62,394 nt of DNA from a virus (lineage: Duplodnaviria; Caudoviricetes), in the IMG/VR virus record IMGVR_UViG_3300037483_001825, positions 1 to 62,394 of that record; one strand, 5' to 3'. The position numbers were made by a program, and so were the translations under genes. Below the pieces are notes generated by a model. The model was not told the origin of the DNA. It made no database searches and worked only from the letters and a program-made list of their open reading frames with translations. Shown here in pieces: positions 9,562 to 19,751 of this stretch; positions within the stretch are counted from its first letter, which is position 1, and each line of letters starts with the position of its first letter.

Positions 9562-10104
9562 ATGAAAAATACAACACTTAAACCAGCTAAAAACTACTTA
9601 CTCTACGGGTTAGCAATTCTCATAGTTGCAGGAATTTCCTTTCAGATATTCCGGCCGAAAATTGATCAATCTCAATTCCAACCCATTGATAAAAGCACTT
9701 GGGAGGGACACACAGTAGCAGATTACTTCATAGACAAGCTACGCATGACACCAGAAGAAGCTCAAGACTCAGAAAAACTAGGAGCCAGCTTCTACGTAAC
9801 CGAAAACATGACCCTTGATGCACTTATCGGCAACCTTCACTACTACGGCTTTGTACGCGACGAGGATGCCCTCAGATACGCCTTAGAAAACTCAGAAGAC
9901 ACAAACCCAGGCAAAGACAATGCCATAAAAATAGGCGAAAACACAATTGACCGAGGAGTATACGGCCTGGGAACACAAATGACTGCCTGGGAAATTGCCC
10001 GAATCCTCCTCCACTACCCCCAGGAAGTAAAAACAGATTATGGTTATATGTTTATGCCAGGTGGTCCTTATATGGGAGAACCACAAGGAAGACCCTTAAA
10101 GTAA
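9562..10104 (+). CDS. membrane-anchored protein with MltG/YceG N-terminal-like domain
   Basis: N-terminal TM; LIGNLHYYGFVRDEDAL..G.Y.L...MTAWEIARIL; ORF 9478..10104. Confidence 0.55.
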   Translation: MKNTTLKPAKNYLLYGLAILIVAGISFQIFRPKIDQSQFQPIDKSTWEGHTVADYFIDKLRMTPEEAQDSEKLGASFYVTENMTLDALIGNLHYYGFVRDEDALRYALENSEDTNPGKDNAIKIGENTIDRGVYGLGTQMTAWEIARILLHYPQEVKTDYGYMFMPGGPYMGEPQGRPLK

Positions 10105-10670
10105 TGAAAATAAAGCCAATCACCATCGCCGCTACTTTTATTATTGCTGTCAGCGGCACTTATTTGTATTCTCAAAGAACAATCTCTTCTTCCTCAACTA
10201 ACGAACCAATAACCCTGCAAGACAGTGAGCCAACAAATATACCGGAAGCGTCTCCCAGTAGACCCCTCAAGGAAGATGAAAAGTTCATCGGATCTATGGG
10301 CTTATATGTCACGGTCCCCGAAGGAATGAATTTTAGGCAAAATCCAGCAACAGAGCATGCTGTTAACTTTTATATCGAATCCGGGCCTCAGGAGAAACCA
10401 ACTTATCAGTTTTATGCTATCTTCCAACCCAACAGCAATATAGCTGAAAAAGGACTGGAGCAAGCAAAGAAGGAAATGGACCAAGAATCAATCCAAGAAG
10501 CCACTGTAGACGGCCTCAAGGGCGTAGAAGGGCTAATTATCGGACCAAAGGGACGTTACCATACAATCATAATCAAGGACGGAAAACTTATGTCATTTTC
10601 TACTTACCCACCGACCGAGGAAAACAAAGCGATTACAGAGCAGATATTATCGACTGTGAGCTTTGAGTAG
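10104..10670 (+). CDS. membrane-anchored PsbP-like protein
   Basis: N-terminal TM; TVDGLKG..., EQILSTVSF C-terminus. Confidence 0.5.
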   Translation: MKIKPITIAATFIIAVSGTYLYSQRTISSSSTNEPITLQDSEPTNIPEASPSRPLKEDEKFIGSMGLYVTVPEGMNFRQNPATEHAVNFYIESGPQEKPTYQFYAIFQPNSNIAEKGLEQAKKEMDQESIQEATVDGLKGVEGLIIGPKGRYHTIIIKDGKLMSFSTYPPTEENKAITEQILSTVSFE

Positions 10671-10678
10671 AGTTAATC

Positions 10679-11965
10679 TTACTCGTAATACCAACCCCAG
10701 CCAGGATTCTCCACCTCAACTATCTTGCTTTTTAGCATTTTGTACATACCATCTTCCTCGACAGTCTGCCAGGTACCCTCATAGTAGTGATAGTCAACTT
10801 CACCATCGTTCCAGTTCTTAGTCGAAAATTTAATAGAAACGGTATCATCGGTATCTTCAAAGGTTTTGGTGGAAATAACATCCACATCCAGAATGTCAGT
10901 AAATCTATTTGTCCATTCCTCAAAATTGGTTTTTGTTAGGTACTCACGACTCAGGAGCGCAAAACCATCATCCATCCGTCGAGCTTTAAGATAAGTGTAA
11001 AAGGCCTCGACTGCTTTCTCAGGTGAGACTGAAGCATCAACTTCAATTTTGGTAATATTTTGATCGGTGAGATCGGGCACTGCCATTTTAGCCCAGTCAG
11101 CACTAATGAAGAGTGAGATGCCAGCCAAGCTCATGGTGTTAACACCAACCACTTCACCACATTGATCAATCAGTGGACCACCACTCATTCCTTCGACCAA
11201 GCTAATATCAGTCTGGATGTATGCCATAGATGCTTGCTTGGACTTCCTAAAGTCAATCATTCTTCCCTTGAGAAGCGTTGCATCACCTGTTAGCCCGGTC
11301 CCAAGCGGGTAGCCTGCAGCAATCAATTGTTCGTCTTCCAGCACCGAAACTCTATCGGGTAAAAGCATAACTAAATCTGGATATGTGCCATTTATGTATA
11401 GTAATGCCAGATCGGCTTCTTTATTGCCGACAATCTTGATTACGGTAATAAACTCTCCATTCGGAAAGATTACCTTTGGGCTTGGTTCATCTGCAATAAC
11501 ATGGAAGTTAGTCAAGATTTGATCGGGGGCAATGAAGAACCCTGTGCCCTCTGAGTAGCCACCAACTACCCTTACTACCGAGTTTTGTACCTTATCTCGC
11601 ACTCCCACGCCACAGAAAAATTTGTCGAGGTTTCCATACTCCTTGGACAAATAATCGAAAATTACAAACAACGAAGCAATCATGTAAACCATGGTTCCCA
11701 TCACAAACATAGCTTTCAAAAAGTTCTTCAAACTTTTGAACGGAAAGACGATGATATCGATAACTATCTTTATCAGAGAAATAAGAAACTTAAAAGAAAA
11801 AGTAACCAAATAATAGGCTGTGTAGCTTATGAGTTTAATTGGAAATAAATAGAGAGGGAAAACAAGTCTCTTGAGGTACACACGAAATCTATTCAAAAGG
11901 CTCTTTGTTTTAGCCTTAATGCCCTTCGATAGCTTATCAAAATACTTTTCTAAAATATCTGTCAT
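10679..11965 (-). CDS. membrane-anchored trypsin-like (S1C) serine protease
   Basis: GTGFFI, LTNFH (His), ADLA (Asp), GMSGGP (Ser); hydrophobic N-terminus. Confidence 0.9.
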   Translation of the reverse strand: MTDILEKYFDKLSKGIKAKTKSLLNRFRVYLKRLVFPLYLFPIKLISYTAYYLVTFSFKFLISLIKIVIDIIVFPFKSLKNFLKAMFVMGTMVYMIASLFVIFDYLSKEYGNLDKFFCGVGVRDKVQNSVVRVVGGYSEGTGFFIAPDQILTNFHVIADEPSPKVIFPNGEFITVIKIVGNKEADLALLYINGTYPDLVMLLPDRVSVLEDEQLIAAGYPLGTGLTGDATLLKGRMIDFRKSKQASMAYIQTDISLVEGMSGGPLIDQCGEVVGVNTMSLAGISLFISADWAKMAVPDLTDQNITKIEVDASVSPEKAVEAFYTYLKARRMDDGFALLSREYLTKTNFEEWTNRFTDILDVDVISTKTFEDTDDTVSIKFSTKNWNDGEVDYHYYEGTWQTVEEDGMYKMLKSKIVEVENPGWGWYYE

Positions 11966-12025
11966 TTTTATTGTTCAATTTTGTAGGCAGCTTTTCGATA
12001 TGCACAACTTTTGTGCCTGTGATAG

Positions 12026-12337
12026 CTAGTGTGCCACTTTGGGCGATTTAAAAAATACCACCGCAACAATCAAATCTATAATAGACCAAAGGAAGCGCTC
12101 AAAATAAAGAGGATTGATCGGATTAAAAACGATAGCAATAATTATCATTAATATCATCCACTGCGTATTTTTTTCTTTGTGATAAAGATTGGCAGAAAAA
12201 GCGGCCGCTCCAAATACAACGAACCTGAGAAATTGGTAAAAAAAATACGGCCAAATAGGAATTATTGCCACCAACAACAGAATGACCGCAATTTTTGAGA
12301 AGAGAATTCTATAATTTGATTGTTGGTTGCTAATCAT
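12026..12337 (-). CDS. DUF6804-like small membrane protein
   Basis: PYFFYQFLRFVV, IAIVFNPINP, WSIID. Confidence 0.65.
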   Translation of the reverse strand: MISNQQSNYRILFSKIAVILLLVAIIPIWPYFFYQFLRFVVFGAAAFSANLYHKEKNTQWMILMIIIAIVFNPINPLYFERFLWSIIDLIVAVVFFKSPKVAH

Positions 12338-12339
12338 AA

Positions 12340-13419
12340 TTATGACCTTTCTAGGTCACCAAATTGTTCGTAATAAGCAACTTCTTCCATCGTGACGGAG
12401 GGGTTGAATTTCTCAACCGAATCAATTAGCATTTTTTCATCAATAAGATTCTTGTTCTGGAATACGGCTGCGCGCGCTGACTCTGTGACAATTAGTTCGA
12501 TATCTGACCCCACATAGTTTTCAGTCATTTTTGCTAGTTTTTCAAAATCTATATTCTTGTCATATGGCCTACCAGAAAGACAGATCTTAAACATCTCTTT
12601 TCTAGCATCAAAGTCTGGTGGTCCAACAAAAACACGCTTATCCATTCTTCCTGATCTTAAGATTGCTGTATCAATCATGTGAGGGCGGTTAGTAGCTCCC
12701 ACCACTAAGATTTTATTCTGACCAGCATTATTTAATTGGATCAGAAATTCATTAATTTCTTCCTTTTTCGTGTCGGCATGTGAACCAAGCTCTTCTCTCT
12801 TTGGCACCAATCCCTCTATCTCATCAATAAACACTATGGATGGTGCTTGAAGCTTTGCCATTTCAAAAACTTTGCCAATATTGCCTACGGCACCATGAAC
12901 ATATGATGTCGCTACTGAGGAGGGATTCATTTCGATAAAGTTATATCCGAGTTCTTCAGATAATTTTTTTACAATGAATGTTTTGCCACACCCTGGAGGT
13001 CCAAAAAGCAATATGCCATTCGGAATACCAAGTTTAAATTTTTTATATTTTTCCGGATTCAGTAGTGGCTCAATAACTTCGTTTATCAGCAAGCTCTTTA
13101 GGGGGTTCATTCCTGCAACACAGTCAAAACCACGCAAGACTGTTAGATCGTCAATGACAGCTGTTATCTTGTCGTGTGAGTGCTCATCAATAATCACGCC
13201 TAAATACTTTTTCCCAGAGATATCGAGATTTACAAGCTCGTACTTTTGGTTCCTATCGATAATTTCATCCTGTTGAATATTGGTAAATAGAAAAAGAAAC
13301 TTCTCATTCGAAAGAGTATAAATTTCTGTAAAAAATATTTTTTCAATGCGTGCAACTACAGTCAAGTTGTCTTTGAGCTTGTAGCCTGGGAATAAAATTG
13401 GTTTAGTTGGTGTGGACAT
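12340..13419 (-). CDS. classic-clade AAA+ ATPase (Cdc48/FtsH-type single domain)
   Basis: GPPGCGKT, FIDEIE, GATNRP..ID.AILRSGRMD. Confidence 0.92.
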   Translation of the reverse strand: MSTPTKPILFPGYKLKDNLTVVARIEKIFFTEIYTLSNEKFLFLFTNIQQDEIIDRNQKYELVNLDISGKKYLGVIIDEHSHDKITAVIDDLTVLRGFDCVAGMNPLKSLLINEVIEPLLNPEKYKKFKLGIPNGILLFGPPGCGKTFIVKKLSEELGYNFIEMNPSSVATSYVHGAVGNIGKVFEMAKLQAPSIVFIDEIEGLVPKREELGSHADTKKEEINEFLIQLNNAGQNKILVVGATNRPHMIDTAILRSGRMDKRVFVGPPDFDARKEMFKICLSGRPYDKNIDFEKLAKMTENYVGSDIELIVTESARAAVFQNKNLIDEKMLIDSVEKFNPSVTMEEVAYYEQFGDLERS

Positions 13420-13423
13420 ATTT

Positions 13424-14032
13424 TTACCTTAGTGAACAGTTTTGTTCTAGATATTTATTGTGAGCCTCGACCTGAGTATTGAACTTATCAATTCGAGTAT
13501 CAAGTGTGGTCACATCTCTTTCGTATGATGCTAGTTTAAGATTATATGTATCAACTGTATCATTGTAGTCATCAATTTCCCATTGCGATGAATACTCGTT
13601 AACATAACTATTCTCAATTTCTCTCTGCAGGCGTTCGATCTCATTAGCTCGAGTTTCCATAGAGCGTTGAGCATTAGCAAGTTTTTGTTCACTTTCGGTT
13701 GGCGACAGCGCAACCGCCTTATCGTAGTGATATTGAGAGCACCTGTACTCCCCATAATCAACACTTTCATCGTCGACAGCAACATTGTTAACCTGGTTGG
13801 TATTTGGAGAAGTGTAGGTTGATGAAGAGGTGCTATTATCATCGGAAGAACCAATCCAAAATATCACTATTATTACTCCCGCTAGTATTAAGAATAGTTT
13901 CCAATTAGATTTTGCCGAACCAGAGTTCTTTACTACTTTCGTAGTATTCTTACGAATCGATTGCTTTGGTTTTTCCGGATTTTTATCCAAAAAGTCTAAA
14001 TCTATTTCTAATTTTTTATCCTTATTTTTCAT
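13424..14032 (-). CDS. single-pass membrane protein with coiled coil
   Basis: TM LFLILAGVIIVIFWIG; two Cys flank coiled coil; N-terminal KKLEIDLDFLD. Confidence 0.7.
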   Translation of the reverse strand: MKNKDKKLEIDLDFLDKNPEKPKQSIRKNTTKVVKNSGSAKSNWKLFLILAGVIIVIFWIGSSDDNSTSSSTYTSPNTNQVNNVAVDDESVDYGEYRCSQYHYDKAVALSPTESEQKLANAQRSMETRANEIERLQREIENSYVNEYSSQWEIDDYNDTVDTYNLKLASYERDVTTLDTRIDKFNTQVEAHNKYLEQNCSLR

Positions 14033-14038
14033 AAATAG

Positions 14039-14755
14039 TTATTCTAATGCACTGAAGAAAATGATAAGAGTGTACAAAATTGCTGGCGCCACAATAAACC
14101 ATCCTATGGCGCGTTTTTTCTCTACATGCATTGTTTCTCTTACTGCCATATAGCTTAAGCGAATTGTATAAATAATAGCTGCAACGAAAACAAAGAAAAA
14201 CACAACGTCGACTGTAGAAGCATCAGAGTAGTAATAATTTAGGTAATCCTCACCGTACGTCATCTGATTTAATAACAGCATAAGAATGCTTGTAAGGGAT
14301 ATTGGTAGTGAAGTGAAAAGATTAATATTGCGAGACATATTTATATCTTGTTTTCCCTTTGACCATCCAACTCGGACGTTATAGAACCAACCACCAATGT
14401 AGTATCCGAGTGCGCCAGTAAAGATGCCACTTAGAATCACGATTGCCCATATTTTACCCCAGCTAGTGTAGTCCTGAAGTGAACCCGTGAGGTTGTCAGC
14501 GGCTGAGCCTATACCAAATAACCAGACCAACAGAAGGAGGTATGGTGGTTTTTTTGATACTAAATAATTCTTGCAGAATCCATTGAAGTCGGAATAGCAC
14601 TCTTTCAAATATTCGAGAAGGTTCACTTTACTAACGGAAGAGGAAACAGGAGTAGTTGCCACTGGCTTAGTTGCCTGCTCCCGCTCAGTTGACTTTGGGC
14701 TTTCATCTAAGAAATCAAAATCTAAAGATATTTTCTTATTCATATGTTCATCCAA
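14039..14755 (-). CDS. multi-pass membrane protein (Yip1-like)
   Basis: About 5 TM helices; N-terminal KKISLDFDFLD. Confidence 0.65.
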   Translation of the reverse strand: MDEHMNKKISLDFDFLDESPKSTEREQATKPVATTPVSSSVSKVNLLEYLKECYSDFNGFCKNYLVSKKPPYLLLLVWLFGIGSAADNLTGSLQDYTSWGKIWAIVILSGIFTGALGYYIGGWFYNVRVGWSKGKQDINMSRNINLFTSLPISLTSILMLLLNQMTYGEDYLNYYYSDASTVDVVFFFVFVAAIIYTIRLSYMAVRETMHVEKKRAIGWFIVAPAILYTLIIFFSALE

Positions 14756-16343
14756 ATATTGCTCCTAAAATTATCATAATAACGATCCAAACGATCCAGC
14801 TGATGACGTTTGACTTTGTATTTTCTGCTTTCTTATTCTTAATCACATCGCCAAGTCCCGCATAATAGTAAGAATTGAGGAGAATCTTTATTGCCATTTG
14901 CTCCCATCGTTCATCGAATGCATCATCTATTTTTTTCAGCATTTTGTTTTGAACCTCGTCGACGTCGTTTGCGTTCTCTGCTGTAAGAATTTTTACATTG
15001 TTCTTTATCAAATCAAGCCAAGAGTCAATTACGCCCTTATCTACATCATAAATCTCAATGTTTTCGTAAACGATCGAGGCAGTCTTTTGGAGAATGGGGC
15101 GTGCCTCGTCGTGCTTGCCAGCTTCGAATAGTTTTTTACCCTCGACGAACTCAAACACTGCGTACATGGTCACAGCTTCTTTTTTTTTGTTGTCCATCGC
15201 ATCCTTAAATTCAGGGTCTTTGCTCTCAGACTTTTTCTGGTCAATAAGATCTAAGGCCTCATCGAACTTTTTATCGTTCATGAGAGCCATGATGGGAGCT
15301 GCTGCATTTAAGAACTTTTTATTCTTCTTAAACTGATCAAGGTCTTGCTTTAGTTTATTCTCCATTCCGGATGTACCCACGAATTGTATTGCAACATTCA
15401 AGAGTTGCTCTGCTTTTGGCATATCATCGAGATTGTTATGAATGTCAAGAACAATTGAGCGGATAGCAGCGGCCGCGCGGTCACGTATTGTTTTTGACTG
15501 GCTATCGTCGTATAGTCCTAGATCGATCAATTTATTGCAACAATTTTGAATCTTAGTAACATGCTGTTTTATCTGAGTCGCTTCCTCTTTGTCTAATTCC
15601 CCATCATCAGACACCTTCATAACTTCAAGCTTCTCGACAGCTTCAGTTATCTCATGGAATATAGGAGCCATTATCACTTTCTCCGTTTTTTCTCCACGCA
15701 AATTAAATAGTTTAGTGAACTCCGCCACATAGGAATCGTCTCCACGTGCATGGCTAATCTCAGCATAGAGATCAGAAAGGAAAGAAGTGGCCCGTTTCTG
15801 GAAATCCGAAATGATATCTTGGTCGGTATCAAGCTCGTCGTGGTGTTTATATATTTTTGTAAAAGCAGTCCAGAATTTTGATGAGTTGATAATCTCATGC
15901 CAGATTTTTAAAGACTCTTTGAGATATTGCTTATTGTCCTCTTTGAATAGCAAGATGCAGTACAAAAGCGCGAGGTTCTTTTTATAAAACATCGCTTTAG
16001 TGGAGTCGCCATCGGCGTTGTGTTTCCAAACTCTTATCGCTTCCTCAGGGTTTTTCTTGCGGAGGATCCCTACCGCTTGTTCATCTACCTCGTCGGAAAT
16101 ATAAAACCAAAAGAAGTAATCTTTGATTTGCTTCTTAGGTGAGGTAAGTTTTTGCACAGCATCCTTGACCGCATGTTCCGTCCGGAAGTCGTCGAATACT
16201 CTAATGTCGAGATCATATTCCGGTGTGTCGTCGATCTGTAGGAATTTGACGATCTCCTTCGCGCGTTTTTGCACATCTCGCTGTGCGGCCGATGTGTCGA
16301 GTCCAAGGATGTGATATGCATTATTTTTTAATAGGTTTGACAT
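14748..16343 (-). CDS. J-domain-like/helical-repeat protein with C-terminal TM anchor
   Basis: NNAYHILGLDTSAAQRDVQKR resembles J-domain helices I-II but no HPD; C-terminal WIVWIVIMIILGAIFG. Confidence 0.65.
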   Translation of the reverse strand: MSNLLKNNAYHILGLDTSAAQRDVQKRAKEIVKFLQIDDTPEYDLDIRVFDDFRTEHAVKDAVQKLTSPKKQIKDYFFWFYISDEVDEQAVGILRKKNPEEAIRVWKHNADGDSTKAMFYKKNLALLYCILLFKEDNKQYLKESLKIWHEIINSSKFWTAFTKIYKHHDELDTDQDIISDFQKRATSFLSDLYAEISHARGDDSYVAEFTKLFNLRGEKTEKVIMAPIFHEITEAVEKLEVMKVSDDGELDKEEATQIKQHVTKIQNCCNKLIDLGLYDDSQSKTIRDRAAAAIRSIVLDIHNNLDDMPKAEQLLNVAIQFVGTSGMENKLKQDLDQFKKNKKFLNAAAPIMALMNDKKFDEALDLIDQKKSESKDPEFKDAMDNKKKEAVTMYAVFEFVEGKKLFEAGKHDEARPILQKTASIVYENIEIYDVDKGVIDSWLDLIKNNVKILTAENANDVDEVQNKMLKKIDDAFDERWEQMAIKILLNSYYYAGLGDVIKNKKAENTKSNVISWIVWIVIMIILGAIFG

Positions 16344-16346
16344 AAA

Positions 16347-18860
16347 TTATTTGGTGATACCTGACATATTACCCTGTATCATTTTCTGTTCACTTGGAGG
16401 GAGAAGGAGCATTAGATTGTGTACCGACCTTTTGAGCTCTTCTACATTGCCAAGTTCAAGAGCACGTTGACCTTTGTTCATGTAGTATTCTGCTTCCTTC
16501 GGGCTCGTCCAAGCATGGCTCGTTTCTTTTATCTTGTTGAACATATAGACCCATGATGCAGGATTCGAGAAAAGAGCCTTATTGTTGAGTTCCTCAAGTT
16601 GTTCGAGTGAACGACTAAGCATTACCTTATCCTCCTTGCCAATTGCCAGATCAGCTTCTTCCTTGATCACGCGCAGCTGGTCTTGGTGCATAGTCTGCTC
16701 TGTCTGTTCACTCCATTCGTTGATTATCTCTTCCACACTTTTCACTTTTTCCTCGTATTCAGATTTGAGCTGTGGGAACTCTTTCATTTTTTCGATGCCA
16801 TCAAGGCGAATCTTTAAGTCCTTGAGTTGCTTATCAGCTTTTCGCTTTTCATCCTCATCAACATTTGCAGTCGCCAAACTACCCTCAAGCGACTGTACGA
16901 GATTCTGTAGCTTACCTTTCTCTTCAGGAGTGCAGGATTGCTCGACTTTCTTTGCTCGATCACTCTGATCTTTGAGTTGTGTCTCCATTTCTTCAACGCT
17001 CAAGTTTTCCGCATGAATTGTTGCACGCGCACTGAACGTAAGATCGATTGATGGAATAAACGCCTCCACCTTAACCTCACGCGATTCATTTACTTCGATT
17101 GTGAGTGAAATCTCTGTACCTTCAGGTAGATCATAAGGGAGCTTCTCTCCAGTTACCTTAAGATCACAGATGAACTGGTTCTGATCAGGTACAACTGATT
17201 CGCCTTCACGTATTTTGATCGGGAGCGCATTCTCTTTGTCTCCTTTGACTAGCGACTTGAGGGTCTTATAAGTGCGTGTGTCTTTAAGAGGAAGAATACT
17301 GTTTTTCTCAAAAATCACTTCGAACTCCTCATTCATGGCGAAATTGGCACCGCTAAATCCTCGCTTCACAACACCAACTCCAATGGAGTGAGGTATTGGT
17401 GCACCAGATACTGAAAGGCCGTGTGTTATAGAGAACGACTCTGGTTCGGTCTTGATCGGATTTCCTTCCGCATCAAACAAGTAAATCCAGAAAAGAGTGG
17501 TCTTGTTTTTATCTAGGTTTACTGTCTCGATGAACTTGCTGTTCTTAAGCTTTATTTTCTTTCCGCTAAAAAGCCCTCCTTCACTCTGTACCTGGATGAA
17601 ATAATCCTCATCTGAATCCTTAAGTTCTTCTACAACGCCGGTCAGAGTTTCTTCAGTCTCGGATGTAAGGGATTCGTAATTGAGGCGCAAAGTCTTGATC
17701 GAAGAATCAGTAGACTTTTTTGATTCAAGAAATTCTTTTGGAACTTTCTGACTTACAGCATAAATGCATGCGCCACGAGCGACGACCGTCAGTGGATCAG
17801 ATGTGGTGTCAACCTCAATTTTTAGATCTGTTTCCAATCGGTTTTTTATGTACGGGATCATGGTGGGTCCACCTACAAGCACGATCCGTGAGATGGAGGA
17901 CTGTTTCACCCCGGCGTCCTTGATCGTCTCCTTGCTTAACTCGATGGTTTTATCAACAAATGGCTTTATTAGCTTCTCAAAGTCCGTACGAGTGAAAGGT
18001 ATTGTGAGATATATTTCTCTACCATTATCATCTTCACCGATTTTCTCGACTTCGATAGTAGTCTCTTCTGTTTGTGAAAGAGTGATCTTCGCAGTTTCTG
18101 CGTAGTATTTTAGCTTGGCAAATATGCTGCGGTATTTTTTACTACTACGCGTGAAGTCTTTAATATTGTGTTTTTCCAGAATAGCTGGGACTATCACTTT
18201 ATCCACGACAGCCCAATCAAAATCTTTTCCTCCAAGAAAGTTATCACCATTGTGACCAAGCACGGAAAGAGAGCCGTCTTTTGAAGAAATCAAAGCCACG
18301 TCGAACGTACCGCCACCTAAATCATAAACCAGCCAGTTCTCATTCTGGGCATTCATAAAACCGTATGCAATCGCTGCAGCAATTGGCTCCTGTATTAAAA
18401 CTACATGCTTGAAGCCGGCCACATTGCCTGCACGCTTAGTCGCCTCAGCTTGTAAAGTGGAAAAGTACGCTGGTATCGTAATAACTACACCAGTAGTAGG
18501 TGTGCCAGGATACTTGCGGAGGACATCCTCTTTGAGACTTATTAATATTTCACCTGAGATTTCTTCCGGTGACATATCTTCGTCGAGTCGATCAAAGTGG
18601 ACTTTGTCTGATGTACCCATCAATCGTTTTACTTCTGCTTTGTTGTTTGAAAATTCTTCTTCTGATGCATCTTTATAAAGGCGTTCGTATGATCTTTTAC
18701 CAACTACTTTATTTTTTGATTTGTCGACGCCAAAAACTGAAGGTGTGTATTCATCATTGAAAATGTTTTTTACCACTTCTGCGTGACCTTTATTATTTGC
18801 GGCAACTTCGGAATTTGTTGTTCCCAGATCTATGCCGATTTGTATGTTCTGATTGCTCAT
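16347..18860 (-). CDS. Hsp70 family chaperone (non-canonical, 837 aa)
   Basis: GIDLGTTNS, TPSV, VITIPAYF, EPIAAA, YDLGGGTFD, LGGKDFD, VLVGG; insertion before substrate-binding domain and extended helical tail. Confidence 0.95.
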   Translation of the reverse strand: MSNQNIQIGIDLGTTNSEVAANNKGHAEVVKNIFNDEYTPSVFGVDKSKNKVVGKRSYERLYKDASEEEFSNNKAEVKRLMGTSDKVHFDRLDEDMSPEEISGEILISLKEDVLRKYPGTPTTGVVITIPAYFSTLQAEATKRAGNVAGFKHVVLIQEPIAAAIAYGFMNAQNENWLVYDLGGGTFDVALISSKDGSLSVLGHNGDNFLGGKDFDWAVVDKVIVPAILEKHNIKDFTRSSKKYRSIFAKLKYYAETAKITLSQTEETTIEVEKIGEDDNGREIYLTIPFTRTDFEKLIKPFVDKTIELSKETIKDAGVKQSSISRIVLVGGPTMIPYIKNRLETDLKIEVDTTSDPLTVVARGACIYAVSQKVPKEFLESKKSTDSSIKTLRLNYESLTSETEETLTGVVEELKDSDEDYFIQVQSEGGLFSGKKIKLKNSKFIETVNLDKNKTTLFWIYLFDAEGNPIKTEPESFSITHGLSVSGAPIPHSIGVGVVKRGFSGANFAMNEEFEVIFEKNSILPLKDTRTYKTLKSLVKGDKENALPIKIREGESVVPDQNQFICDLKVTGEKLPYDLPEGTEISLTIEVNESREVKVEAFIPSIDLTFSARATIHAENLSVEEMETQLKDQSDRAKKVEQSCTPEEKGKLQNLVQSLEGSLATANVDEDEKRKADKQLKDLKIRLDGIEKMKEFPQLKSEYEEKVKSVEEIINEWSEQTEQTMHQDQLRVIKEEADLAIGKEDKVMLSRSLEQLEELNNKALFSNPASWVYMFNKIKETSHAWTSPKEAEYYMNKGQRALELGNVEELKRSVHNLMLLLPPSEQKMIQGNMSGITK

Positions 18861-18873
18861 AAATTATTATTCC

Positions 18874-19395
18874 TTAGTTGCTTAGTAGTATGATCTTGGC
18901 CTTTTTAACAACCTGCCCTTTAACCAAGATGGTTGGCTCAACTGTTTCTTTTACGGTTTGCGTTGTCACGCTCTGATCTTTTTCCACCGATAGAACGTCG
19001 AGGTTTAATCCGTCATTGAATTTTTGATTGGTATAATCCACAATCTCGATGTCGTAATTCGAGATATACCGTTTAAACTTATGCACGGAATTCTCCAGCC
19101 CTTTCCTCTGACTTTCCGGAAGGGTGTCAGCCACTTTCGCCAGTCGCTGTTCGATGCGCCACACTTCCGTCGCTAGTTCGACAAGCTCGGCGACACCGGT
19201 AGAAAGATTTATAGACTTAGGAGCAACGGCGTATTTAATTTCTTCGCTGATTTTTTTATAAAGTTCGTCAAATTTATCGAACTTCTCTGTCTGTTGATTT
19301 GACTTGTGAGTAAAGAAATACAAAAAGGCGAGAACAGAAGGAATGCCTACGGCAAGTATTATTATGAAGATTGGATTTGAAAATAAATTGTTCAT
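18874..19395 (-). CDS. membrane-anchored GrpE-like protein
   Basis: N-terminal TM, helical core, C-terminal VKETVEPTILVKGQVVKKAKIIL GrpE-type beta domain; adjacent to Hsp70. Confidence 0.7.
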   Translation of the reverse strand: MNNLFSNPIFIIILAVGIPSVLAFLYFFTHKSNQQTEKFDKFDELYKKISEEIKYAVAPKSINLSTGVAELVELATEVWRIEQRLAKVADTLPESQRKGLENSVHKFKRYISNYDIEIVDYTNQKFNDGLNLDVLSVEKDQSVTTQTVKETVEPTILVKGQVVKKAKIILLSN

Positions 19396-19396
19396 A

Positions 19397-19609
19397 TTAT
19401 TTTTTCATTAAAACATCAAGTGAAACACCCAATGCATCTGCTATTTTTTTGACAGTATCAATGGTGGGATTGGGCGTTGCTCCCGCTTCTATTTTTGCAA
19501 TGGTATGGAAAGCTAAATTTGCCTTTTTTGACAAGACATCTTGAGAAATACCGAGTTTGTTTCGGTATTTCTTTATATTTTCGCCGATTGTTGCCTCTTG
19601 CTTTGACAT
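19397..19609 (-). CDS. XRE-family HTH regulator
   Basis: IGENIKKYR..SQ..L..IE.G...NPTIDTVKKIADALGVSLD. Confidence 0.92.
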   Translation of the reverse strand: MSKQEATIGENIKKYRNKLGISQDVLSKKANLAFHTIAKIEAGATPNPTIDTVKKIADALGVSLDVLMKK

Positions 19610-19620
19610 AATATTCGTAT

Positions 19621-19650
19621 AGCTATATTATAACTAGTTGTATTATAGCT
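19621..19650. promoter_or_regulatory. 30-bp imperfect palindrome, candidate operator of Hsp70 operon
   Basis: AGCTATATTATAAC-TA-GTTGTATTATAGCT, 12/14 arm match, 11 nt upstream of HTH start. Confidence 0.55.
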
Positions 19651-19751
19651 AATTTTTGAATTTTATCAACTAAATGTATTCTTTCTAACGTGCTCAATAT
19701 AATTGAAAAGAAAATAAATGAATGGCTGAGGTGGCAATCGCTGTAATTTCT

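Noticed and set aside
16347-19395. Housekeeping dnaK-grpE operon
   Set aside because: Hsp70 oversized, GrpE membrane-anchored, no HPD DnaJ or hrcA
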